Below, piece by piece: positions 11,278 through 20,044 of a DNA stretch of 20,871 bases. The notes beneath the pieces are model-generated. The model was not told the DNA's origin and made no database searches. It saw only the letters and a program-made list of their open reading frames with translations. The stretch is taken from NCBI GenBank assembly GCA_002245135.1, contig NGBS01000031.1, positions 62,001 through 82,871 on the forward strand, in the 5' to 3' direction. The translations under genes were made by a program, and so were the position numbers. The stretch is from Proteromonas lacertae (Eukaryota). The stretch's first letter is position 1. Each line of letters opens with the position of its first letter.

Positions 11278-11393
11278 GTATAACCGTAAGAATATCACTG
11301 TATGTGGGTAAACCGTACCAGACTATTCTTAGGTGCCTTCTACAGGTAAGAATAAGCGATTTGAGTGTGAATTAGTTTTTGGTACGGTTATAC
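11278..11393. other. Nested inverted repeats able to form two mutually exclusive folds
   Basis: GTATAACCGTA (11278-88) pairs with TACGGTTATAC (11383-93). AACCGTACCA (11311-20) pairs with TGGTACGGTT (11380-89). TATTCTTA (11324-31) pairs with TAAGAATA at 11287 or 11347. Confidence 0.75.
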
Positions 11394-11522
11394 TGGAGCA
11401 AGCGGTGAATTTAAATTTCTTTATATATTTTAGTGTGTGAATAAATTTATGGGTTAAAATTTATTTTTATGTTTTTAATAGTTTGTAGTGTAGGATAGTA
11501 GAAATAAAGTGTATAAATAGAT

Positions 11523-11560
11523 AAGTAGCTACCTGTTCTACCCCGGCAGGGTAGCTACTT
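11523..11560. other. Strong GC-rich hairpin
   Basis: AAGTAGCTACC (11523-33) / GGTAGCTACTT (11550-60) is a perfect 11-bp stem, extendable with one bulge around the loop CTACCCC. Confidence 0.8.
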
Positions 11561-11587
11561 TATATAATAAGAAATGTATTTCTATGT

Positions 11588-11687
11588 AAGTAAGTAGCGT
11601 GTCCTGTGTAGCCTAGCTAGGACTTAGTGATTAAATAGTGTGGTGGCCAAGCTACAGAATGCGTTCTTACTTTTTTGTTACTTTTTT
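11588..11687 (+). ncRNA. Candidate small structured RNA (long imperfect stem followed by T6 runs)
   Basis: AAGTAAG/CTTACTT closing stem, inner wobble-rich pairing, palindrome CCTAGCTAGG (11612-21), A-box-like TAGCCTAGCTAGG, T6 at 11671-76 and 11682-87. No B-box. Confidence 0.3.
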
Positions 11688-11907
11688 CATTTATCAATTT
11701 ATTTATGGATTTATATAGTGTAGTTAAAAACATTCAAAAGAATTTAAATAGTGTCAAAAATATATATTTAAAGAATTATCTGCAATATTCTATATTTTTT
11801 ACTAAATCGAAATTCTGACGAGAAACTGTTGTTATAAACAGAAAAAAGAAACAGTTTTGATTTTCCTGACATTTTAGAAAAAACCGTTTTTTATCAAAAA
11901 TATAAAT

Positions 11908-12387
11908 ATGTGTGCTTCAGTAAACTTTGCTTCCTTTTGTTCATTTAGAAATAATGAAGATTATTTGGATAAGTGTATATGTGGAACCTGTAAGTTTTAC
12001 TTATATTTTAACCATAATATAAGTGCAGTTTTAGATAGCCCATTACCTAAGGAAGAGATAAAGTCTTATAATGAATTCTGTGCTATTTGTCATCAAAAGA
12101 TGTGGACTAAGTATAGTGATAAGAGATATTATATGATGCTTTTTGATATTAAACCATCAGTAAAACCAAGAGGATTAAATAGACATTATTTTGCAGTGTT
12201 TGATAAGTATATTGAGTGGTTAACACTACCTGAAGGAATGGGAAGTGTTCATTTGAAGAAGAATCCTATGTTGAAACATTATGTAAAGAAGAATTATATA
12301 TTTGATGATAGTGATGATGAGGAAGAAGAAGAAGTACAAGAAGAAGTTAAAGGAAATAATGATCAAACTACGATAAACATAGTCTAA
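11908..12387 (+). CDS. Viral hypothetical protein, Cys/His-rich (possible Zn-binding) with acidic tail
   Basis: 159-aa intron-less ORF with CICGTC and CAICH motifs and a DDSDDEEEEE tail. Confidence 0.7.
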   Translation: MCASVNFASFCSFRNNEDYLDKCICGTCKFYLYFNHNISAVLDSPLPKEEIKSYNEFCAICHQKMWTKYSDKRYYMMLFDIKPSVKPRGLNRHYFAVFDKYIEWLTLPEGMGSVHLKKNPMLKHYVKKNYIFDDSDDEEEEEVQEEVKGNNDQTTINIV

Positions 12388-12448
12388 ATTTTAAAACGAA
12401 TCTCTATCTTAAAATGATTTGGGACAGGGTTTAAAAATATGCGTAATT

Positions 12449-12514
12449 TAATAAAAATCACATAATATAATAAAAATATAATAAAAACATAATAAAAAAT
12501 ATAATAACCATAAT
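12449..12514. repeat. Imperfect TAATAAAAA tandem repeat between convergent viral genes
   Basis: Copies at 12449, 12468, 12479, 12490. Confidence 0.7.
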
Positions 12515-12526
12515 ATATAATTATTA

Positions 12527-13312
12527 CTAAAATGGTTCTGTAACACCTGTATCCATCCACTCTGTTATAATAACTTGAGGTGGGAATGCTTGATATGAAT
12601 ATGCATCAAGACCTTTTCGTTCTATATAAAGATTACATTTATTATTATTATTTCTTAATATAGCAAAAAAACCATCATATTTATTTAATGCAGGTTGTGA
12701 AGTTTCATTTATTACACCTTGTATAGGGAAGTATATTCCATTACTTCCATCTACAAAGTATGTTTCTAATAATTTGTTATAATATTGTTGTAATAAATCT
12801 TCTTTACCTGGTTCAGCTTTAATAACATGATGATCATCTAGATATAATATAAATCCATTACCATTATCATGATTTTTTAAAACAAGGCCATTGTATATCT
12901 TGATTCTCATAAAATGTTCAAACATTTGAATTTTTATAGGTACTTTTACAGTAGATTCATATTGATTGATCGAACCATCTTGAAATATATAGAAATTAAC
13001 TGACCAATATGTATATTCAGTATGCAATAATTTAGGTGATACAGAATTATTAACTATTGTAGTGCTACCTCCAGAACTATTATTTACAACATTATATATT
13101 TCTTGACATTTACCATATATAGTATTTGTAGTAGTTTTGATATCATTAACAGGTGTAACTATATTATTTATTTGTGTGTCAGTATGATTATTAATAGGTT
13201 TAACAATAGTATCAGGATCAGTAGGTTGTATATTTATTTTGTCAGCTATATCTTTAGCAAGCTTATCTGTATCAATATTTATATCTGAAGTATTTCGTTC
13301 CCCAATAAACAT
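12527..13312 (-). CDS. Viral hypothetical protein, possible fibre/spike
   Basis: Likely start AAAA-ATG at 13312 (MFIGERN). Heptad-like I/N/T-rich N-terminus, SSGGS linker, beta-rich aromatic C-terminal domain. Last gene of the capsid-ATPase run. Confidence 0.6.
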   Translation of the reverse strand: MFIGERNTSDINIDTDKLAKDIADKINIQPTDPDTIVKPINNHTDTQINNIVTPVNDIKTTTNTIYGKCQEIYNVVNNSSGGSTTIVNNSVSPKLLHTEYTYWSVNFYIFQDGSINQYESTVKVPIKIQMFEHFMRIKIYNGLVLKNHDNGNGFILYLDDHHVIKAEPGKEDLLQQYYNKLLETYFVDGSNGIYFPIQGVINETSQPALNKYDGFFAILRNNNNKCNLYIERKGLDAYSYQAFPPQVIITEWMDTGVTEPF

Positions 13313-13378
13313 TTTTTGTATTAATAAACAATAAAATAATAAAATTAATAAAAACATCAAGAAACTTCAGAATGATCT

Positions 13379-14119
13379 TCAATCAAAATATTGAAAGTTA
13401 GCTCTAAACACTTTTTTAACATTATCAATATATAAGAAGTTATATTGTGGCTTAGTAACAGCTAAATATAACTCTTTAAATGTTTCATATTCAGGTATCC
13501 ATATATTCAATGAGTTGTATAAGTCAAACAAATTTCTGTTACTCAATCCATAAAATGTTAAACAATAATCTACTTGTGATCTTGCTGAAGGTACTATATC
13601 AGTAATATATTGACTACTAATTATAATTTTTGATTTCAAATGTCTATTTTCTTTCATTAATACTGGTATGATATTAGCTGTTTTCAACTCTAAACTAAGA
13701 TCATCAAATATTATAATATGTTCTGCATACTCATAATTATCTTTGTTTGTATCGTCAATTGATTTCATTAACTTCTCTACTAAATTATCTCCTGAGTAAG
13801 GTTCAAATAATGAATCATTTTCATCATAGCTAATTTCATTATAATCTAATAACTCTTTAATTGAATCATATATCCTATCTTGTTTGATTGTACCTACGAA
13901 AAAATGTACATGTTGTTTTTTCTTATATTTTGGATCTATAATATGTCTTAATATATTGTATATCAAAGTTGTTTTACCACTATTCTTACGAGCCACAATA
14001 AATATATTGCAGAAAGGCTCATTAAAGTAATCATATCCCAGAATTTTCTTAGGATCAAATGACTCACCACCATCAACAGGTTCAATTTGTATATTATTTA
14101 TTTTTTCAAATTTAAACAT
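13379..14119 (-). CDS. A32-like FtsK/HerA-family genome packaging ATPase
   Basis: Walker A ARKNSGKT, Walker B IIIFDD, ENRHLK (Arg motif), IIISSQY, ARSQVDY, YNFLYID. 246 aa. Confidence 0.93.
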   Translation of the reverse strand: MFKFEKINNIQIEPVDGGESFDPKKILGYDYFNEPFCNIFIVARKNSGKTTLIYNILRHIIDPKYKKKQHVHFFVGTIKQDRIYDSIKELLDYNEISYDENDSLFEPYSGDNLVEKLMKSIDDTNKDNYEYAEHIIIFDDLSLELKTANIIPVLMKENRHLKSKIIISSQYITDIVPSARSQVDYCLTFYGLSNRNLFDLYNSLNIWIPEYETFKELYLAVTKPQYNFLYIDNVKKVFRANFQYFD

Positions 14120-14191
14120 AGTGTGTGTATATATATTATGTAGTGAGAAATCAAAAAATAAAAATAGAAGTCAATAATAAAGTATTATTAC

Positions 14192-15613
14192 TTATACTAC
14201 CTTTTCAACACCTCTTGGTCCAATAATCAATTGTTTACCAGTAATTATGTAGAACTTATGATGAATTGTATATGGATTATGATTAGCATCAAATCGTTGA
14301 TTTGAGCAATCCAAAGTAATTTTTAAATCACTTGCTAAGTCTTTACCAGCTCTTAATTTTAATTCAGTTAATCGATCAGTACTGAAATTTAGAACATCAA
14401 AAAATGAATTGGGAAATGATAATGTATTACATTTATCATATATTGTATTTTGAATAATATTTCTCATATATTCCCATGTCTGATATTTTGCAGGATATAA
14501 ATAATCAGGTGTATAAACGAAATCATTAATTTGCCATCTTATTCTATCTTGATCTTGATCAAAAGGAATAGTATCTCTATTATATGCATCATTATAATAT
14601 GCTCTGTATAATATATATTTAACATAACTTCCTATGCTACTATTAATACTGAAGTTATAGTTAAAAGTATTACTACCTGGAATTGGATCTTTAGTGATTT
14701 GAACTATATTAAAGTCAGTAAAGTCAATAGGATGATGAGTTGAATAATTAATGGTATTAGCATTACATGTTGGATCTTTATTGTAACAAATGTAAAGTCT
14801 AGGATTAATAATTTTCATTCCTACATGCTGTTGCCATGAATTAATCCAAACAGAACCATTGCTATGATGAATCCAATTCATTATAGGAGCAAATGTGAAT
14901 TGAATATAAATGACTTCACCAAAATAAATATCATTCTTCAAAGCTAATATGGTATTATAGAAATCTGCAAAATGAAATCTACAGTATAGTTTTCCATGTA
15001 ATATATCTTCTGTTGTTCCCATTTCTTCCCAATAATTCCAAACACCTCCATTTGCATTTAAAGTAGAATTAGAATTACATATAGTTGTTTCAGCTATTTT
15101 ATTATTTCTAATGCGTAAGCCATCAAATAAATATTCATAATAATGATAATCTTTTATATCATAAGGATACTGATTAGCAATTTGATGAGCTAAATCTCGA
15201 TATTCATTATAACTACTATCTAAATCACATAGAAGTGTTCCAGTTTTATTGTATACTTTGATAGTTCCAAAATTCATTGAATTCCTTAAATTTATATGAT
15301 CTAACATTTTACCAGTAGTAGAATCAGTTACAGGTGTAATAGGTAATTTCCATTGTCCTTTACCTGCATCTGCATGATCTCTTTTTTGACCTGTAGTATA
15401 ATCTAATTCAAATTCAAAGTAACTTTTAGATAGATTAACACAATTATCACCAGATATTTCAAATGTAATAGCATCACTGTTTGAATTTAAAGTATTCAAT
15501 ATAGTCTCATTTCTACTTTGGTTAGGTGTAACTAAAATATGATTGTAGACAGGTATATAAGCTGGCACAATGCTTTCATGTTTTTGTGAATTAGGTACAG
15601 CAGTGATTGACAT
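14192..15613 (-). CDS. Major capsid protein (predicted double jelly-roll)
   Basis: 473 aa, beta-rich. N-terminal ITFEISGDNCVNLSKSYFEFEL resembles the Polinton/PLV/virophage MCP signature. Also IYIQFTFAP and IINPRLYI. Lies between penton and ATPase. Confidence 0.8.
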   Translation of the reverse strand: MSITAVPNSQKHESIVPAYIPVYNHILVTPNQSRNETILNTLNSNSDAITFEISGDNCVNLSKSYFEFELDYTTGQKRDHADAGKGQWKLPITPVTDSTTGKMLDHINLRNSMNFGTIKVYNKTGTLLCDLDSSYNEYRDLAHQIANQYPYDIKDYHYYEYLFDGLRIRNNKIAETTICNSNSTLNANGGVWNYWEEMGTTEDILHGKLYCRFHFADFYNTILALKNDIYFGEVIYIQFTFAPIMNWIHHSNGSVWINSWQQHVGMKIINPRLYICYNKDPTCNANTINYSTHHPIDFTDFNIVQITKDPIPGSNTFNYNFSINSSIGSYVKYILYRAYYNDAYNRDTIPFDQDQDRIRWQINDFVYTPDYLYPAKYQTWEYMRNIIQNTIYDKCNTLSFPNSFFDVLNFSTDRLTELKLRAGKDLASDLKITLDCSNQRFDANHNPYTIHHKFYIITGKQLIIGPRGVEKVV

Positions 15614-15667
15614 ATTTTATGTTATTTTTTAAAAATCAAAAAATGCTTAAAAATAGCAAGAAATTTA

Positions 15668-16639
15668 TTAATACAAAATAATCTCAAAATAAATAGGTAA
15701 GTTATTTAAATCAATTGCATAACCATCTTGTTGAGAGACTGATATATTCATTCGTTGATATTCGTGATATTGCATCTTTTTAGTTGTCCATTCAATTTGT
15801 GGATTAGTGAATGTAGTATAATCTGCATTTATATCAGTTACAGGTATATTTGCTAAAACCATTGAATTCTCACCACTATTAACCCAGTCACATCTAATTT
15901 GTATGAATGACACCCATAGTAAAGAAGGCTGATTTGGTAACAAATTAGAATAATAATTAAAATCTTTACTGAAATATGCATCACTTAAATGATTTGCATG
16001 ATAAATTGATATACTTTTATTTATTTCATCTAAACCAAATAACTTATATGCTAAGTTAGGGAATTCCATACTAAAATCTGTAAAGTAATATTTTCCGAAA
16101 TGAGTAATATAATTAAATTGTAACTTTAATCTATTTTCTGAAGTTTTTTCAAATTGAAGTACATCTGTTTGATCATCTACTTTATGAAATGGAAATCTAT
16201 TTGCAAAATCTTCATCAGGTAATGGTACCACTCCATTATCAAATGCATAAAAAGTAAAACTTAAGAGATTTCTAGCAAAATAATCTAATAATTCTTTTCC
16301 TGTATATTTTCTTTGAGGTATTTTAATATCAATAGTTTTATTATAAGGTCCATTTTGGTTTTCAGGGTATGCCCATTTTATTGGATTTGTTTCATCTGGA
16401 TTAATGCAGCTATAATAAGTAAAATTAAAGAGTATATGATCATTTACTTCATCTTGTATTGTATAGAAGTTATTTGGAATAACTGCAGTAATTAAACTCA
16501 TATATTGATATTTTTCAGTTATAGTTGGAGTATTAATACATCTTGTCCATCTATTTGAAAATTTTGAATCATAGTCTGATGTAGTTAAGAACAATGATCT
16601 TCTATTATTTATAACATTATTACTATCTTTAGGTTGCAT
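15668..16639 (-). CDS. Minor capsid protein (penton, predicted single jelly-roll)
   Basis: Typical pattern LFLTTSD, MSLITAVIPNNFYTI, IKIPQRKYT, KLFGL, IQIRCDWV, VLANIPV, ISVSQQDGYAIDLNNLPIYFEIILY at the C-terminus. Confidence 0.85.
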   Translation of the reverse strand: MQPKDSNNVINNRRSLFLTTSDYDSKFSNRWTRCINTPTITEKYQYMSLITAVIPNNFYTIQDEVNDHILFNFTYYSCINPDETNPIKWAYPENQNGPYNKTIDIKIPQRKYTGKELLDYFARNLLSFTFYAFDNGVVPLPDEDFANRFPFHKVDDQTDVLQFEKTSENRLKLQFNYITHFGKYYFTDFSMEFPNLAYKLFGLDEINKSISIYHANHLSDAYFSKDFNYYSNLLPNQPSLLWVSFIQIRCDWVNSGENSMVLANIPVTDINADYTTFTNPQIEWTTKKMQYHEYQRMNISVSQQDGYAIDLNNLPIYFEIILY

Positions 16640-16718
16640 TATGATTTATAATTGTTGAGAAATATTAAAATATAATTTTATTTGAATTATTCTTTAATTT
16701 ATATATCGTTATATATAT

Positions 16719-19397
16719 ATGCAACCACAACCACAAGTTAACAATTCAAATGATGAAGAAGATGAACCAACAGATGATGATTATGAATATGAAGAAGATG
16801 AAGATAATGTACCTATTGATATGAACAGAATAAGACATAGAAGAAGACATAGAAGGAATCAAGTCATACCATTTCAAGATATAAGCGAAGATGATTTGAA
16901 TAACTATGTGAATCAAGAAGTGAAAAGATTTAACAAAGCATTGATTATGCAATATAGACTAATTCCTATAGGATGGCCAAATCATGAATTTAATAGAATA
17001 TATAATTTATATGATGAACATATGAAAATGTTTAATTGGTGTAAGAATTTATTTGTAACAGGTCCTTTTGCACATGGCAAACCATTAGAAGCTTATAATC
17101 CAAAATTAGCAGGAAATGAAAATTCTGCTAATGCAAGAGAATGTGGAATATTTAAAACTCGTATAGCAGATGGTATTGATAAATTGTGTATGGCATCTGA
17201 TTTTATATTACAAAGAAATCCATTTGTTGTTTTACACCCAAAAGAGAGAATAGGTGTTACACAACTAGAAAATAGAAGAATTAAAAAAACTCATTATGAA
17301 ATTGATGAAAGACATCCAGAACCAGAAAATGATTTTAACATAATGAATAATGAACATTATAATAGTGCAGCTGAAATAAGAGCGGAAAATGTTATGCAAA
17401 ATAGACATGATAATATGGTAAGAGGAGTATTAGTAAATGCAGACAATGGAAGTAATGATAATAACAATAATAACAACAATGGAAATAATAACAATGATAA
17501 TAATGAAAATAATAACAATGCAAATTATGATATAATTAGCTTTTGCGATTCTCTGAAAGATAAGATAAAGTTCTACATAGGTCGTTTAATGAGAACTAAA
17601 TTTTGGTATTTAACAAATCAAAAAGAAGAAACAGCTTATTCAATTGCATTAATCATATACAACTGTGTAACTGATTTGTATATATTAGCTTTATATTACA
17701 TACCAATATTAAAAGATAAGTTAAGTGGTAATTATCAAAATGATAATGAATATACTTTACCATATCATCCTGATAGAAGAAATTTTATGGGATTACCAGA
17801 TGGTGATAATAGAACAGGATATAGATATAACTATTTAGCAACTATACAAAAAATATTAACAGAAGCGCATGTACCACAAGGTCAAATCAATACAAATATA
17901 TTTGCTAATCCTATAACTTTTAGAATGAATAGAGCTTTAGATACGCAACTTAACCGTCAAATTAAACATAGAAGATCAGTTCCAGCTTATGTTGGAATGA
18001 ATGTTGCAGATCATAGAAATTGGAGATATGTTGCACCAGCTAATTATCCTCCTGCTCATCCATCAATTACTGCAGATTTGATTGATAGAAATGTCAATGC
18101 ATTTTATAATGCATCACCTGCAAATAGTGATAGTGAAGATAATGATAATAATCCATCAAGTAGTGATACTGAAGAAGATTCAGACACTTATGATCTTGGT
18201 GATATGAGTAATCAAATACCACCTCCTCCTTTGCCACCAAGACCTATGCCAGCAAGAACTGATCAACAACAACCACCTCCACCTCCTCCTGTATCAAATG
18301 TATCTAGATCTAATGTAATTAGTTTAGGTAATCAATTTAATCCTCATCATCTTATACCATCTGATAGATTTTCATTTTTAGTATCAGATGATTTGCTTAA
18401 TGCTATACCAAATCCAAATAGAGACTTTAATAAATCTCATAGATTTTTAGCTAATAGAGAAAATGGTGCAAAAATAGGTGTAACTAGGATAATACAAGAG
18501 TTTTATACACAATTGTTAACAAATAATGGTAAAATCTATTCAATTGATGCATTTATACATAACCATAATCCACCTTGTACAATTGTAGATGAAAATTCAA
18601 GCAAGAGTTATATGTTCTTTACTGATTGGGTTAGAGAAGAAAACATCAATTTACCTTTATTACCTAGATCTAAATATAATGCAACTGAAGTAAATGATAT
18701 ACCTCAAAATTACAGTAGTATCAATATGATGTTCTATGGATATGATTACAATAGAAATATATATTCATATACTGGTTTATTAGAATATTGGTTAAAGAAT
18801 CATAGAGGAACGGCATTTAATGAAAGACAAGCTAAGCAGGAAATATACATATATAATCCATGTATCAATATTCTATCAGATGATGAAGAGGAAAATAAAA
18901 ACATAAAAGTATTAATAGGTATGGATTATGATAAAAATTGGCCTAACGATAAAAAAATCAAATGTAAACAAATCAAAGTAATAGTATCTCAAGAAAGTGA
19001 TAGAGCATGGTATGTAATAAGTGATCCAATGTTTGATTATATGTCATGCGATATACCAGGTGATGGAATTCACAAATTCTATAACTATCCATTCTTTGTT
19101 AAGATAGGAGATACAGTAGAATTGATAGTACCAGTATCTTTGAAAGATAATATTTATGTATTAAAAGATGCTAGATTAGATGATAAAGATGAAAATAATT
19201 ATTTAAAAATTGATGATTATATGAGAAATGCAAATCGAGATAGTATTAATCAAAGAGCTATTGATGATAGAGAAACAGCTAAGCGTAGAATACATGGTTT
19301 AGGTAAAAAGCGTAGAAGAAAGACACAATCATTAGTAAAATTGTATACCAAATTGTTTACACACAATAATAAAAGAAAAAGAATAAAAATTATATAG
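16719..19397 (+). CDS. Large viral hypothetical protein (892 aa) with acidic, Asn-rich and Pro-rich segments and basic clusters near both ends
   Basis: Uninterrupted 2.7-kb ORF. No recognisable enzyme motif. Its 3' end overlaps the convergent protease gene by 8 nt (19390-19397). Confidence 0.85.
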   Translation: MQPQPQVNNSNDEEDEPTDDDYEYEEDEDNVPIDMNRIRHRRRHRRNQVIPFQDISEDDLNNYVNQEVKRFNKALIMQYRLIPIGWPNHEFNRIYNLYDEHMKMFNWCKNLFVTGPFAHGKPLEAYNPKLAGNENSANARECGIFKTRIADGIDKLCMASDFILQRNPFVVLHPKERIGVTQLENRRIKKTHYEIDERHPEPENDFNIMNNEHYNSAAEIRAENVMQNRHDNMVRGVLVNADNGSNDNNNNNNNGNNNNDNNENNNNANYDIISFCDSLKDKIKFYIGRLMRTKFWYLTNQKEETAYSIALIIYNCVTDLYILALYYIPILKDKLSGNYQNDNEYTLPYHPDRRNFMGLPDGDNRTGYRYNYLATIQKILTEAHVPQGQINTNIFANPITFRMNRALDTQLNRQIKHRRSVPAYVGMNVADHRNWRYVAPANYPPAHPSITADLIDRNVNAFYNASPANSDSEDNDNNPSSSDTEEDSDTYDLGDMSNQIPPPPLPPRPMPARTDQQQPPPPPPVSNVSRSNVISLGNQFNPHHLIPSDRFSFLVSDDLLNAIPNPNRDFNKSHRFLANRENGAKIGVTRIIQEFYTQLLTNNGKIYSIDAFIHNHNPPCTIVDENSSKSYMFFTDWVREENINLPLLPRSKYNATEVNDIPQNYSSINMMFYGYDYNRNIYSYTGLLEYWLKNHRGTAFNERQAKQEIYIYNPCINILSDDEEENKNIKVLIGMDYDKNWPNDKKIKCKQIKVIVSQESDRAWYVISDPMFDYMSCDIPGDGIHKFYNYPFFVKIGDTVELIVPVSLKDNIYVLKDARLDDKDENNYLKIDDYMRNANRDSINQRAIDDRETAKRRIHGLGKKRRRKTQSLVKLYTKLFTHNNKRKRIKII

Positions 19398-19950
19398 TTT
19401 TAAATTTTGTTTCTAACATTTTTGCTCTTTTTTCTCCTTTTAATGAATTAAAATTTGTTGCTTGCACAAACGATTTGTTATTTACTATGATATCAACTAA
19501 AAACAAAATTGCATGATAACCGCATCTTACACTATCAACTCTTTGATTTTTCACTCTGTTTATTTTAATCTTATATTCATCATTAGGATATTTTTTTAAT
19601 TTTGTTAAATCTTTATAAAACTTTGTTATTTGTTTTGGTTTATCTCCAAAACTATCATAGTACATTATCCTCCTAGTATTATTGTTAACACATAAACTAA
19701 CCCAATGACCTATTTTACTTACAGGATCTTTAGTTGTATTAGTACAAAGTATTACACACCAAACATCATCATTTTTATATAGCTGACCTATTTTGCTAAG
19801 TTCATCCCATAGTATAACACCTTTAAAATATTTTAGTAGTCTAGGAAACATTTTTTTAATGATCTTTTCAATATCAAAATTTGAGAGTGCATCTTCTTTA
19901 TGTAAATCACCTGTACCTATATAGTCATTTGTGATATATCTTTTAAACAT
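19390..19950 (-). CDS. Adenain/Ulp1-like (clan CE) cysteine protease, virion maturation protease
   Basis: Catalytic order His (GHWVSL), Asp (YYDSFG), Gln (KNQ), Cys (RCGYHAILF). Also FKGV and CVILCTNT. 186 aa. Confidence 0.92.
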   Translation of the reverse strand: MFKRYITNDYIGTGDLHKEDALSNFDIEKIIKKMFPRLLKYFKGVILWDELSKIGQLYKNDDVWCVILCTNTTKDPVSKIGHWVSLCVNNNTRRIMYYDSFGDKPKQITKFYKDLTKLKKYPNDEYKIKINRVKNQRVDSVRCGYHAILFLVDIIVNNKSFVQATNFNSLKGEKRAKMLETKFKTI

Positions 19951-20044
19951 TATATAATTAATAACTATAAGAATTTATTGAATATCAATTCATTTGATAA
20001 ATTCTTAACGTTTTTAATATATATATATTTATGTTATTTAATTA

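Noticed and set aside
11600..11672. tRNA gene
   Set aside because: An A-box-like sequence is present, but there is no GTTCRA T-loop or cloverleaf.
11815..11862. Hammerhead ribozyme core (CTGACGA followed by stem GAAACTGTT/AACAGTTTT)
   Set aside because: The stem is followed by GATT rather than the required GAAA, and no stems I/III were found.
13313..13360. Signal peptide MMFLLILLFYCLL on the 277-aa ORF
   Set aside because: Probably translation of the T-rich spacer after the ATPase stop. The ATG at 13312 has an A-rich upstream context and leaves a normal-sized spacer. Not fully excluded.
17450..17525. AAT/AAC repeat tract as a separate element
   Set aside because: It is simply the poly-Asn linker within the 892-aa ORF.
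16719..19397. 892-aa ORF as protein-primed DNA polymerase B, helicase or integrase
   Set aside because: Size fits, but no DxxSLYP, KxxxNSxYG, YxDTDS, Walker A, DDE or tyrosine-recombinase motif pattern was found.
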